Part shown: positions 12,804 through 25,386 of the stretch, piece by piece
How positions within the stretch are numbered: position 1 is the first letter of the stretch
How the letters are laid out: every line of letters begins with the position of its first letter
Source of the DNA: Mobula hypostoma
Lineage: Eukaryota
DNA: 64,000 nt
Direction of reading: 5' to 3'
Assembly: GCF_963921235.1 (NCBI RefSeq)
Contig: NC_086100.1
Location: 199,208,001-199,272,000, forward strand
Made by a program: the position numbers and the translations under genes
Notes under the pieces: model-generated
Databases searched by the model: none
Told to the model about the DNA's origin: nothing
What the model saw: only the letters and a program-made list of their open reading frames with translations

Positions 12804-13540
12804 CACTCAGTGACCACTTTGTTAGCTACACTTGCTCGCTAATACAAATATCTAATCAGCCATTCATGTGGCAGCAACTCAATGCATAAAAGCATGCAGA
12901 CATGGTCAAGAGGTTCAGTTGTTGTTCAGACCAAACATCAGAATGGGGAAGAAATGTGATCTAAGTGACTTTGACCACCCCATCTGATTGCTGATACCAG
13001 ACGGAGTGACTTGAGTATCTCAAAAACAGCTGATCTCCTGGAATTTTCACACACAACAGTCTCTAGTTTACAGAGAGTGGTGTGTAAAAACAAGAAAATA
13101 TATAATGAGCAGCAGCTCTGTGGGTAAAAACTCATTCATGAGAGAGAAAATGGAGACTGGGTTCACAACCTTTTTATGCAATGGACCAATACCACTAGGT
13201 ATGGAGTCCGTGGATCCCAGGTTGTGAACCCCTGCTCTGGAGTTCACAGAGAATGGGGAGTAAAACAAAAAGCACCCAGTGAGCAGCAGTTCTGTGGGTG
13301 AAAATGCTTTGTTAGTCTCAGAGGTCAGAGGAGAATAGCCAGACTGGTTCAAACTGTCAGGAAGGTGACAATAAGTCAAATAATCACATGTTAAAACAGT
13401 GGTGTGCAGAAGAGCATCTCTGAACGCACAACACGTCCAACCTTGAAATGGATGGCTTACAGCAGCAGAAGACCATGAACATATACTCAGTGGCCACTTT
13501 ATTAGATCCATGAGGTACCTTATGAAGTAACCACTGAGTG
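12804..13540 (+). mobile_element. Non-autonomous Tc1-like element
   Basis: TA|cactcagtgaccacttt ... aagtaaccactgagtg|TA; internal remnant of a Tc1 N-terminal coding region (ISKTADLLEFSHTTVS). Confidence 0.75.
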
Positions 13541-16500
13541 TAGCTGAAACTTAAAAGCAAACTGATCTCAATAACTGCAATGGTGATCAACTGTGGCGTG
13601 AATTTTGCAGTGAATGGAGTGAATTTTGCTGAGAAACAAGATCAGCATGAACTCCAGCAATATTGTGCTCACAATGAAGGCTATTCGACCAGGAGGTGGG
13701 TGACCTTCAGCTGCCCAGCATTCAAACCCTGCTCTACCAGCCAGGTGGATAAATCACATCAGTCAGGCAACTGTATTCCATCTCCAGGAGAACAGAAAAG
13801 ATCAAACAGAAAATCTGACAAAACCGAACACACTGAAACACAACAGTTTTCTTTACAGCGGGTGCCACAATCACCGAGCTGATGCTCCACCATTCAGGTG
13901 AACTGGAGCTCTGCCACCTGTTCAGCTGAACACCGGAAGTTCTGTACACATACCAAATTAATAACGAGGTTCATCGTTTCAAGGAAATCAGATGAGTTAG
14001 AAACACCAGTTAACACAACATCTTGTCGCTGTATCATTACTATTGCTCAGCATCAACAATCATTTCAGGTCGACACAACTTAGACCTCACCACCCATACC
14101 AGAACCAGGTCTGATTATGCCTCACTTCGTTAGATACCATCCAGTTTCAAGATCTTTCTCACAAGAGTCCCAGGGCACAGAAACAGGCCACTTGGCCCAT
14201 TAAGTTCACATTGTCAATCCCATCCTCCTACACTTGGCTCATAGCCTTGGTTATTCAAGTGTTCACCAACATTCTTCTTAAATGTTGTAAGAGTATCTAC
14301 ATCCATCTACCACTCAGAAAGCCCACTGTACATTTAAAACTCAAACTACCTTCTAAGGGAAAGAGTTCTTCCACAGATCCAATTGGAATATCCCACCAAT
14401 TACTTTTAATCTGTGCCATCTGGTTTTAGACCTCTCAGTTGTGGGAAAAGCTTCCATCTATATCACAGGAGCGTCAGGCTACTGAACCGATGTGTAACTT
14501 CACCGACTTCAATGCAGAACTAATTCTGCAACCTATGGACTCACTTTCAAGGATTCTACTACAACTCATGTCTCCAGTATTATCTACTGACATTTTTATT
14601 TACAGCTTGTCTTCTTTTGCACTTTGTCAGTCTTTGTGTGTAGATTTTCATTTTTATATGTCTCTCTGTTCTACTGTGAATGTCCACAAGAAAATGAATC
14701 TCAGGGTAGTATATTGCAATATGGTCACTTTAGTAATAAGTTTACTTTGAAGTTAGCATTCTGCAGCTGAGTGATCAGCCGCCTCCAATCTAAGGGGAAC
14801 AAACATTACAAAAATGTTCCACTCCAGACATCTTACTATATAACCTCTGTAGCCATTTCAGAACAATCACTTCCTATAGTGGGTAGGGCAACCAGAACTG
14901 TTTTCAGTACTCCAGCCTTGGCCATATAAACATTTTATCAGGCTGGACTTCAATTCTGCTGCTTTTCTATTCTATTCCTGCGTAATGAAGAGCAGTAACG
15001 TGCATACTGTCTTCAGCTCTTCATTGACACAGCCATTGCTCTGTGCCTCTTACCATCTCAACGAATCCCTGTAGCTGAAATCTATCCTCCTCAGTATCAG
15101 CAACAGTACCAATGTTGTGTCAACTGCGAATTTGGTAATCATATCACCAGTATTCACATGTAAACCATCAATATGTTTAACAGCAGCAAGGATCCCAGCA
15201 TTAATCCTGTTGGGTATACCACTGGCTTCCAAACAGAAAAACAATACTCCACTATCAGCCTCTGCCTTCAGGTCCAATTTGCCACCTTGTTCAGCAGCTG
15301 ATGAGCTCAAACCTTTTGCATCAGTATCCACTGTGGGATCCTGTCAAAAACCTAGACTACATTAACCACACTGCCTCCACCAGATAATTTTTCCCTAAGA
15401 AAAAAATCAACCTGGTCAGAGTATGATAACATCTATGCAAAAACACTGCAAGTAAAAAAATTACCTCTTACTCTGGAACTCCGTTACCAACACATCATCC
15501 ACTTTCTTAACAAACCTATCTGGAGTTGGTGAAATTTTATCAAATTTTACTTTTTTGTAGAACAAGTTATTGCAGGTCTGAATTGTGATGCTGTGAGAAA
15601 GGATGAAGGGCCGCACTTATATAGTGCCTTTCATAACCCCAAGAGCTCCTGTGTACTTAGCCCGATATTGGGCAACGTGACGAGCAGCACTTGCATTGGA
15701 TGAGTTATGTGGCAAATATTAAAGAGCAGAGTGATGAAAGCAATTATATTTTCTCCATGGCTTTTTAGGTAATCCTGACCCAACGCAAATAACTGAGTAG
15801 TAGAGACCCAACAAAGGTAGGAGATTTATTGATACCCAACAGCTACAGAGTTAACCAGTATGTAAACAGGGTCTTCAGCCTTATCCACCCATGCCAACTA
15901 ACTCACCTGCATTAACCCGAAACCCTCTAAACTTTTTCTATCCAATGTAGTTACCTAATCGTCTTTTTAAATCATATAACTGTACTCTCCTCTATCACTT
16001 CTCCTGGCAGCTCCTTCTACAGATCCATTGTCCTTTGTTACCTCTCACACCGGAACTGTGCCTTCTAGTTTTAGGTTTCCCTCCTGAGACCATTCGTCCT
16101 GTCTATGCCCCTTGTGACTTTATAAACCTCTACAAGGCTCCAGGGGAAAAAGGTGTTGTTATGAATATTGCAACTATGCCACTGAATGAACAAGTCAAAG
16201 GGCCTCCTGTTCATAATCTCATCATGCAAGGTTGTGAAACTGAATTCCTTACCATCCTGAAGGGTGTAAATACGCTGCAAAAGTTGAGGTCCACTGCTAC
16301 AGGAACCTAGTGTTATCATCCAGCCGGGCTCACACTACCTTAGTTAGCATTCTATAGATGCGCAGTGAAGAGCATCCTAACAAGCTGCAGGATATGTTAA
16401 CTGCACCGTGGTGAATAGGTAGGCTCTACAACAGGAAGTCAAAACTGCTCAGTGCAACACTGGCACCAGCCTATCTGCCAACAAGAACACATTTAGAGAA

Positions 16501-19500
16501 AGGTGCCAATAACATCATGAAGTATCCCACCCACCCTGCTCATGGCCTGGAGTGAGACAAACTGTAACATCCATGCCAGGACCACCAGACTCAAAACTCC
16601 AAAAAGCTTACTAGAAAATTACTTTCCTCAAATAGTAAGGCTGACCAACACCTCCACCCACTAACTCAACCACTACTTTATCATTCCCATCAGTCACCTT
16701 ATGTACAGATACTCCTGTGTCTAGCGTCACTTTATGGACATACAGTAAATCCAAGTATATAAGCTATCTCATGTATTTGTATTTATTGTGTTTTTTAAAA
16801 TTATATTCTTTAGCATTTGTGGTTTCTTTGGTGCTGCATCAGATCAGTAGTAACAATTATTCTGTTCTTTCACACGTACAGGAAAGGACATTAAACAATC
16901 TCAAATCATTGTTGAGAGGAATCTGGTATTGCTACCCAGCACCATCTTGGTTATCTTTAGAGCATCGTTATCCCCACACCTAATATGGCCTTGCCAATGA
17001 TGCCAAACACAAACGAAAATTTCACCTAGCGTACAAGCAGTAAGACTGATCGTCACCACGTACATGCTCAGTAAGACCATCGTAAAGTCCAGAAAGGCCA
17101 CCAAGTTAGACAAAGCAAAGTGCAGTGAAAGCAAGACGAATTAGAGCAACCATTGTCTAAGGTGGTTGTTTATTTTTGAACCATTTGGAACTAAAATGTA
17201 CATTAATGCAAATTCTGAAAAGCAGCAGCATACCCATAATGCACATTGTCAACTGACAAGAAACAATTAGTGCTGCAATTATAAGGGACTAATCAGCCTA
17301 TCAATTCAAAAGAACGCAAGCTCACAAGTTAACACTGTTGTCTTTTGGTGTGTAGAGCACTGACTGCACTAACTATTAAGAGCCCTGTTTACTTGACAGG
17401 ATAGAGGACAGATCATAAAACAACTTGAGCACAGTGTTCTTTTGCTGAGCTCTGGTTCGTCAGAGAACGTATATGGTTTTGCGAGTTCCCATCTTCACTG
17501 CTGTAAGAGCCTCATCTACGAGCCTTTCTCCCTGAGGAAAGGAAAACACAGACAGATGACTGGGGGAAGGAACTTTGCTCAACACTGCATTCCAGGAGAA
17601 GAGGTTTACCATAGAAATATATGCATGAGAACCCCGTTTTCTCTACAATGTCGAAGGATGTTGACACCTCGGCAGCCATAGCCATGCCAGTGCTACTCAG
17701 CCTGCAAAGGCAGCCCATTCTTCTCAGCATCTGGTGTCAACATCAAGTACTTCCAGGCTAGTCATCAGGTGGTCAGACACAGAGTAAAGCTCCCTTCACT
17801 CTGCCCCAACACAAGCAAGCACTGAGTGCAGTGTGGTAGACTCACTGCTCAACCAGCTGCTTTAGAGACTGCCCCACTCTGGAACAGAGTGGCCCATGGA
17901 CACACCTGGAACCTGGAATGAGAATGCTTGGGATTGCTTTCAGACCATTCCAACCAGAGAGGGGAGACTTTCATCCACTCAGTCAGGGTTGCAGAGAGGC
18001 ATTGGTCCCGAAAATCTAACAATTCACATTCCAGCTCCTCCTCAGAAGCGCCGGCTCAAAGGGCAGAGATCTTGTGAGGTCAGCGGCTTGTTCAGAAGAA
18101 CCTTGGGACTCTCCGGTGTGATAAATGCAGGTTTTAATGGAAGAAGAGAAAATACAAACAAGGCACAAGAACAGGTTTTCATGTCAGCTAATGCCATATG
18201 AGCTTTTCCCCTACAATACAACCTGGTGAAGCAGCTCTATGGTGAAGTTATGAGATGCAGACACACTAACAACAATTACTAGAGCCTGTAAGTGGGATAG
18301 TAACTCACAATGAATAGAATTATTTTCTTAACATATCCACTTGTGTTGAAACTCTTCCAGGCAAAAAGTTATGGAGGTAAAGATAGATCTCTGTCAAAAT
18401 TTCTGCAAAGTTGTGGGTTTAACAATTGTCAGTCTTTAACAAATACTGAGGGACTTAGGTACTGAGTTACCAAAGATTTTCCAGTTCAGGCAAGTGTCAG
18501 CAGAGAATAAACTTAGATACAGAACAGAGTTCTGTTCCAACAAGTTCCAAACAAATCCAGGACAGATTCAACTTGGGGAAAGATGCAGAGTGAACACCCT
18601 CTTCACGGTCCTGTACAGTCAATAAAATGGGCAAGATACAGGGTCCAGCTTTTGGCAACCTGATTTGTGCATGTCATTCCTCAGGTTTCTAACATCCACA
18701 TTCCAAAGTTAATACACCAAAAAGGGGTGGGACCTGCTCTATAATAAACTAGACTGATACTGCCCGAGAACAGAATAGGTACAGCCAGCACACTAAAGAA
18801 CTTTCACCCTTCTAGTCACGTCTTGGGTTTGACCCAAGTTCGCATCTCATTGCACCATCACATTCTTGTAGTTTAAAATCAGTTTTCAAACACTACAATA
18901 CACAATTGAAAACCACTAAATCTTGCAAGCACCAAAGATCTACAGCAGTACATCCACTATCTACAAACCCCACTCTGACTCTGCAACAGTTGTGTATAAT
19001 CAACTAAATAAAGGCCCTTCTCGCCTGAAATGGTTTCACTACCTCTGGCAAAGGGAAGGGAAATAGGAAAGATGATAAAAACTTCCAGAGTTCCTGACAT
19101 CACCACTGAAGCTTTAACTCTATTTTCTTCAAGACCCACTAAGTATTTGCAGTGTGCATTTTTTTCAGCTATCCAGCATCTGTAATGTTTTGTATTCTTA
19201 ACATCCCATTTGATTTGCTGGTAAATAACTTCAGAACTGGACAGAACAAGATTAATGCCAGTCAGGGAAGATACTACTGAATTATTCCTGATTCTTGCAC
19301 TATTTGTTACTAACATTAATTTCTTACCATTTTACACAGTACCTGTGCTACAAAACAATAGATCTCACAGGATACAAGTCAGCAATAATAAAATTGACTG
19401 ATCAATATTTAGAGCTTTGCATCAGAATACTGCTGTTACTTTTGATCTTTAAAGATATAGTGGAAATGCTTCAGTGAAATGAGAGCATAGCAGTTAGGTC

Positions 19501-19889
19501 TATTGTCCATGTTTGTCAACTGTTGAGAACACAAGGATGTGGGAGAGTCATTGCTACAGAACCAAGTGTATGAGAAATCAAAACGAACCAAAACTATTGA
19601 TAATTCTGGGGTTTTACAAGCACCACCAAAGAATAAAGTAACCAAAAAAACAATGGATACCCCCAAGTGCAAACATGACAACTTTGGAAACCTTTTCACA
19701 ATGAAACCATTGTGTAGACTTCCTTGGTTGAGGCTGGGGCCCTTGACTGGTCTAGTGTGATACAGTCGAGTCCTCATCTTGCCTACCTGCACTGCACTTT
19801 CTCTCAAACACCATCCCAATTTGTTACTGTTTATCCTTGTATCATCTCAATGCACTGGGGTGATGAAATGATCTGTAAGTTCATAAGAT

Positions 19890-20690
19890 ATAGGAGCAGA
19901 ATTAAGCCATTCAGCCCATCAAGCTTCTCTGCCATTCCATGGCTCTGTTATTATCCCTCTCAACTTTATTATCTTATCTACTACCCGTAACATAAGAAAT
20001 AGGAGCAGGAGTAGGCCATCTGGCCTATCGAGCCTGCCCTGCCATTCAGTAAGATCATGGCTTATCAGTCTGTAAACTCAGCTCCATGTACCTGCCTTTT
20101 CCACATAACCCTTAATTCCCCTGTGTAAAAATCTATCTAACTGTATCTTAAATATATTTAGTGAAGAAGCCTCAACTGCTTTTCTGGGCAGAGAATTCCA
20201 CAGATTCACTACTTTCTGGGAAAAACAGTTCCTCCTCATCTCCGTCCTAAATCTTCTCCCCTGAATCTTGAGGCAATGTCCCCTAGTTCAAGTCTAGTAA
20301 CCTTTGACGCCCTGCTTAATCAAGAACCTACCAACCTTTGCTTTAAATATACTCAATGACTTGGCCCCCAGCCTTCTGTGGCAATGAATTCTACAGATTT
20401 ACTACCCTCTGGCTAAAGAAATTCCTCCTCATCTGTGTTCTAAAGAGATGCCCTTGTATTCTGAGGCAGTGCCTTCTGGTCCTAGACTCCCTCATAATGG
20501 GCGAAAGTCCTTTCCATGTCATTCTATTGAGACCTATATTCCATTGGTTTCAATTCCCCCATCATTCTTCTAAACTCCAGCACCTAGAGGCCCAGAGCCT
20601 TCAAACTCTCCTCATATGTTAACCCCTTCATTCCTGGAATTATTCTCGCGAACCTTCTTTGGACTCTCTCCAATGCTAGCACACAGTTCT
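19890..20690 (-). mobile_element. Nested CR1 LINE 3' fragments
   Basis: Two cataaga.ataggagcag tails (about 19883 and 19991); the 19991-20295 copy interrupts the other. Confidence 0.75.
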
Positions 20691-21183
20691 GGTCGCCTCA
20701 CTACAGGAAGGGTGCAGAGGAGATTTACAAGGATGTTGCCTGGATTGGGGAGCAGGCCTTATCAGAAAAGGTTGCGTGAACTTGGCCTTTTCTTCTTGGA
20801 GAGATGGAGGATAAGAGCTGACCTGATAGAGGTATATAAGATGATGAGAGGCATTGATCGTGGGTATAATCAGAAGCTTTTTCCCAGGGCTGAATTGGCT
20901 AGCACGAGAGGGCACAGTTTTAAGGTGCTTGGAAGTAGGTACAGAGGAGATGTCAGAGGTAAGTTTTTTGCGCAGAGTGGTGAGTGCATGGAATGGGCTG
21001 CCAGCGATGGTAGTGGAGGCAGATTCGATAGGGTCTTTTAAGAGGCTCCTGAATAGGTACATGGAGCTTAGAAAAATAGAGGGCTATAGGTAACCCTAGG
21101 TAACTTCTAAGGTAAGGACATATTCGGTACAGCTTTGTGGGCTGAAGGGCCTGTATTGTGCTGTAGGTCTTCTATGTTTCTAT
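20685..21183 (+). mobile_element. CR1 LINE 3' end
   Basis: RVQRRFTRMLPGL...RADLIEVYKMMRGID...RVVSAWNGLP followed by a ttctatgtttctat tail. Confidence 0.9.
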
Positions 21184-22629
21184 CTTTTCCAAGTGTGGTC
21201 TGACCAATGCCTATGTGGATGGCATGCAACACAAACCTCAGTACATGTGCCAATAGTAAGCAAACTGAATTATATTTACAGTGCAAGGGAGGAGCTGGAG
21301 GTATTTGTGTCAAAACGAAGATGTCCAAGAAAGAATAATATTAATTGCTGTTGAATTACGAAGTGTTTTGATACTGTGGTTGGGAAAAGAGCACTTCATC
21401 TGAGTGGGAGAGTCAATGGCAAAAAAAAAAAAATCAAATGTGGAATCTCCATAAATCGGAGGAAGATAGGCTTCGCAGAAATTTAAAATTTGGTTAGGAC
21501 GGAATACTTTTCCATAGTGGCTGAGGCGAAGGCCATTTCAGAGAGCACGTGGATCCATTACTAAAGGACAGAGTGAGCACTATCAAAAGCAGGTGTTAGA
21601 TTAGACTGAAGTATACTTGTTATTTCTTTATGGCTTAACTTTCTTATGTCTGTTTGTATTTTTATATTATTACCTATGTATATGCATGTGTTCAATGTTT
21701 CCTTGTGGTTACAGTTCTGTATTCTGGAAGATTCTTGGGTATTCTATTATTTGAATCTGGGCTATCTGATTAACTGGTATAAGAGGCCAGAACAAGTGGG
21801 TCAGGCTTTCTTTGTTCCCCTTCCCCATCATTGCCTTCTCTTTCACTACTCTCCTTTCTCTTCCTTTGTTCTCTTAGCACTTAGTAAATGACCGTGAGCA
21901 ACAGGTTTGATGCCTCATTCTTGACTTCCAAGAGAACCTTGAATCAAAAACATCAGCATCCAACACTGGTGATGGAGAGAAACATTTTATTTAAATTCAG
22001 TTGCTATTGTAACCTGGAGTGCGTGTATGTTGGGGTGGAGTGGGGCTTAGAAGCAGATTTAATAATCATGTTCAAAATGCCTGAATATTATATATTTATA
22101 GGGATGGAGCAGAAATTTGGACTATTTTGCTACCCTGTGCTTTCCAATTATAAGATTGAGCTCCTCTTTCAAAAAGTAAACTCCTAGACCACATCATATT
22201 GGGTGAAATTAATCATCATCCAGTGAGACATTGGATTAAATTTAAACAGTCGTCCAGCCCTAGATGTGAAATTAATAACAGCAATTCCCTGGGTGAAGAA
22301 AATGACAGTGACATAATTTAGACCACCCTTGGTGCTCTAATGAAGTCAGAATGAAAAAAATGTATACAAGTTCACTCTAGCACCCAATTCTTAAAATTAA
22401 ACAAAAAATTAAAATCTAAACATCAATAGAGCCACAGATATTTTTGTAGAAACTCAGCTCAAAGTCCAAAAGATAATGTTACAAGTTGCCATCAATGATA
22501 AATTACCTTCCAGTGGCCAAATACAATTAGTTTGGCATGGACTAGATGGGTCAAGATTACCTGTTTCTGTGCTGTAGTGTTCTATGACACTAATACTTAC
22601 TTATAAGATTCTACATTGAAAATATATTA

Positions 22630-23160
22630 GAACACTACAGCACAGTACAGACCCTTTGACAATGTTGTGCCCACCTTTTAACCTACTGCAAGATCAATCC
22701 AACTCTTCCTTACTAAATAGCCCATTTTTCTATCTATCTATCTAAAAGTTTCTTAAATGTTCCTAATGTATCTGCCTCTTCCACTACCCCTGGCAGGCCA
22801 CTCTAAGAGCTTAACACTTTTTGTGTAAAAAAAACCCGTATCTCTGATATCCCTCCTATATTTTGCTCCAATCACCTCAAAATTATATTAGTATAAATTA
22901 TACGAGTATTAGTACAAATTATATTTGTATTACATCATATTAGCCATTTGCACCCTGGGAAGTCTCTGGCTATCCACTTTATCTATTACTCCTATCATTC
23001 TGTATGCCTCTATCGACTCATCTCTCAGCCTCCTTTGTTCCAAGGATAAAAGCCCTAGCTCACTCAACCTATCCTCACAAGACATGCTCTCTAATCCAGG
23101 CAGCATCCTGCTAAATCTCCTCTGCACCCTCTCTAAAGCTTCCACATCCTTCCTATAGCG
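22630..23160 (-). mobile_element. CR1 LINE 3' fragment
   Basis: ORF 22930..23241 contains YRKDVEALERVQRRFSRMLPGL. Confidence 0.85.
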
Positions 23161-23442
23161 AGGAGCTCTTGTACCTGGAAAAAAGCTAAGAATGCCCTTC
23201 CTGGTGTCATCAGTACCTGTGAGACTGCAAGAAAATAGCATATAATGACATGTATACTTTGAAATTTTCAGACATAAATTTGAAAGTTTTGAGCCAAGAG
23301 TTCACAAGACCTGTCAAGGACTGTGCTTACCACAGAGAGCTACCTACTCCAATAACTTTCACTGAGAACTGAGAGGAGTTCCTTTTGCAAAAAGGCAGGG
23401 AAAGGAATTAAAATGGAGTCAACTGCCAAAGTGTCAGGACAT

Positions 23443-24519
23443 TCAAAAGTTTGATGGAAGGGGCTTACCACGAGTCCCAAACCGGGGCCATGCTTCTGTG
23501 AGTGGTGATTTCCTTTTCTCTGGCCTCGGCATGTACGAGCACAAATTCTCTGCAGCTTCTGGCTTGTGCTGCTTTTGCTTTGCTGCCAACATGCGGCATG
23601 TCAGATCATCCAAAAAATGCGGCCCTAACAAATCTGCAGAGGACAGATTGGGGAAGTCCAAAGGATTGGGAGTGATTTTTGTCATGCCAGTTGCCCGCAA
23701 CAGCCTATCAGATCTCAACTCAGAAAGAAAAGCATGGGTTTGCCCAGTTAAAACCACTGCCAGGCGACATGCAGAGATAATGGAGAACAGCTTCTCCTTC
23801 AGCTAGTGAGGTGAAAGGGAACCAAAATCACCCTTCAACTTATCCAGCTCAAAATTCTGTGCAGCTAAGATGAGGGGGCTTACACTTTCTGTCACCCTCG
23901 TCTGAATGCACCGGGTTGCTTCTATTATTCCTAACAACTTGTCTAGCTCCTGCTTGGTGGAAATCACACCCTTTGAGACAAGGAGATCAAATATTGATTG
24001 GTCAATCTCAGGAGCAAAAACAGTGGGGATGTCAGGAATGCCAATGTGGAACCGGAGGCGGTTCTGGTGTTCCAGACTCAGTGGAAGATGAAAGGCCAAG
24101 GGCAAGAGACTATGACATTCCAGAGCGGAATCTCGATGTATCAATGGTTTCCAGCTGTTGCTGTCGTCAAGAGAACCCTTCAGAGGCCCACCAGCCCAAT
24201 GAAGGAGCTCAGACGACCATTTTGCCCTTGCGCCAGACAAAATTGTCTCAAATGTGGACTTCTCCAAAACCCCTGATGCAATCTGAGATGTTTGCTTAGC
24301 ATGGAGAAGTGGCATGAACTGCATTGAATTTCTAGTGCGTTCCCACCAAGGATGTGGCTCCTTGTTGACTGACTGTGTGCCACCCCCTGAGCTAGGTTCT
24401 ACACTCGGTTCTGAATTTGGACCATGCAGAGCATTTCTTTGCGGGTTGTCCAATCGGAGTTGTAGAACTGGACGAGAATCAAACCGAAACCCAGTTGGAC
24501 TGTCGGTGGTGAAGTCAAG
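23443..24519 (-). CDS. DIRS-type Gag-like (LAP2alpha-like) reading frame; candidate alternative terminal exon of ZNF638, with one in-frame TAG at 23805-23803
   Basis: Acceptor ttatcttcattgcag| in phase 0. ORFs 23803..24537 and 23443..23757 share one frame, joined by LKEKLFSIISACRLA. Blocks PLSLEHQNRLRFHIGIPDIPTVFAPEIDQSI, IQTRVTESVSPL, ACRLAVVLTGQTHAFLSELR and LLGPHF resemble DIRS ORF1/Gag blocks (recognised by eye). Confidence 0.6.
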
Positions 24520-25257
24520 CTGCAATGAAGATAACAAATTCAGAATGTCAGAGTCTTACTGGCTGTGACCAAAGTGGTATAGAAATGGAAAGCTATACTT
24601 ACGGAACTATCAACTGGTAAGCCTTCAGAGTCTAAAAAGGAGTCTAGTTTACAAGATGCCCAATTCTCATCGTGAAGGAAGAATAACATCTCAACTCTTA
24701 AGGAATGGAAGTTTCCTCAAGAATCACTTTCAGACATACATTCTTCCCCACAACCACCCAATTGGACTGCCCAACTGACACCTCAGATCAGCAGAACATC
24801 CACATTTACCTTGTCAAAGACAAAAGTGCAACACTGTCAGATGCTTGCTTAGTAAACAGCACAGAATTTTGCATGTATGACAAGTTAGACATGAAAAATC
24901 ACACCAGGGAACAACCATAAAAAGCCTCTAACTTAGAAGCAGCTTACTTTGGCAATGGATACAGTGTACACGATACAAAACACCTAGAATGGAGATTCCA
25001 AAAAGTTGGTCACCATCATGTCAACCAGCATGTCTCGCACAGCAGCAGTTCACACACCCAGGAAAGTCCACACTCTAATATATTAAAGGCCTGTCCTCCA
25101 AAACACTCTCAGAATGCAATTCCGTTACCCTACTTAAATCCCACCAACTTGACAACTCCTGCACTTCAATGTTCTTCACACAACTCCAAGAAAATAAAGT
25201 CCAAGCACTCTCTGGGACTTTTATGGACTACATTTGATGAACACCTTGACCACGTAC

Positions 25258-25386
25258 CTCTGGCAGAATTCCTGCATGAGGAGACAAAGAAAATTCCAGA
25301 GTTTTTCCATGGAAGTCATGCGGAATTTCTCTGAAAAAGCTGCACATGGATGTGGCAGCATTCGCATTCTCCAAGTGTAGAAGAGC
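25258..25386 (-). CDS. ZNF638: ZNF638 exon, RRM3 second half (ALLHLENANAATSMCSFFREIPHDFHGKTLEFSLSPHAGILPE)
   Basis: ctatag|GCT...GAG|gtacgt; 129 nt, phase 0-0; resembles human AILQLDSPESAQSMYSFL...SLSPKIDLPE (from memory). Confidence 0.92.

Noticed and set aside
13580..13949. Overlapping 70-100 aa ORFs in non-repeat-looking sequence
   Set aside because: No motifs, no convincing splice sites, and lengths expected by chance.
18957..19819. 119-aa and 127-aa minus-strand ORFs in the long intron
   Set aside because: No recognisable domain or exon boundaries; one overlaps a Penelope-terminus remnant.
23906..24568. Plus-strand ORFs overlapping the gag-like frame
   Set aside because: Antisense shadows of the minus-strand coding frame, with no independent features.
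24810..24847. Third micro-exon candidate (38 nt, ...gacaag|gtaaat)
   Set aside because: Weak AAG acceptor, and its phase gives stops when joined to the downstream candidates.
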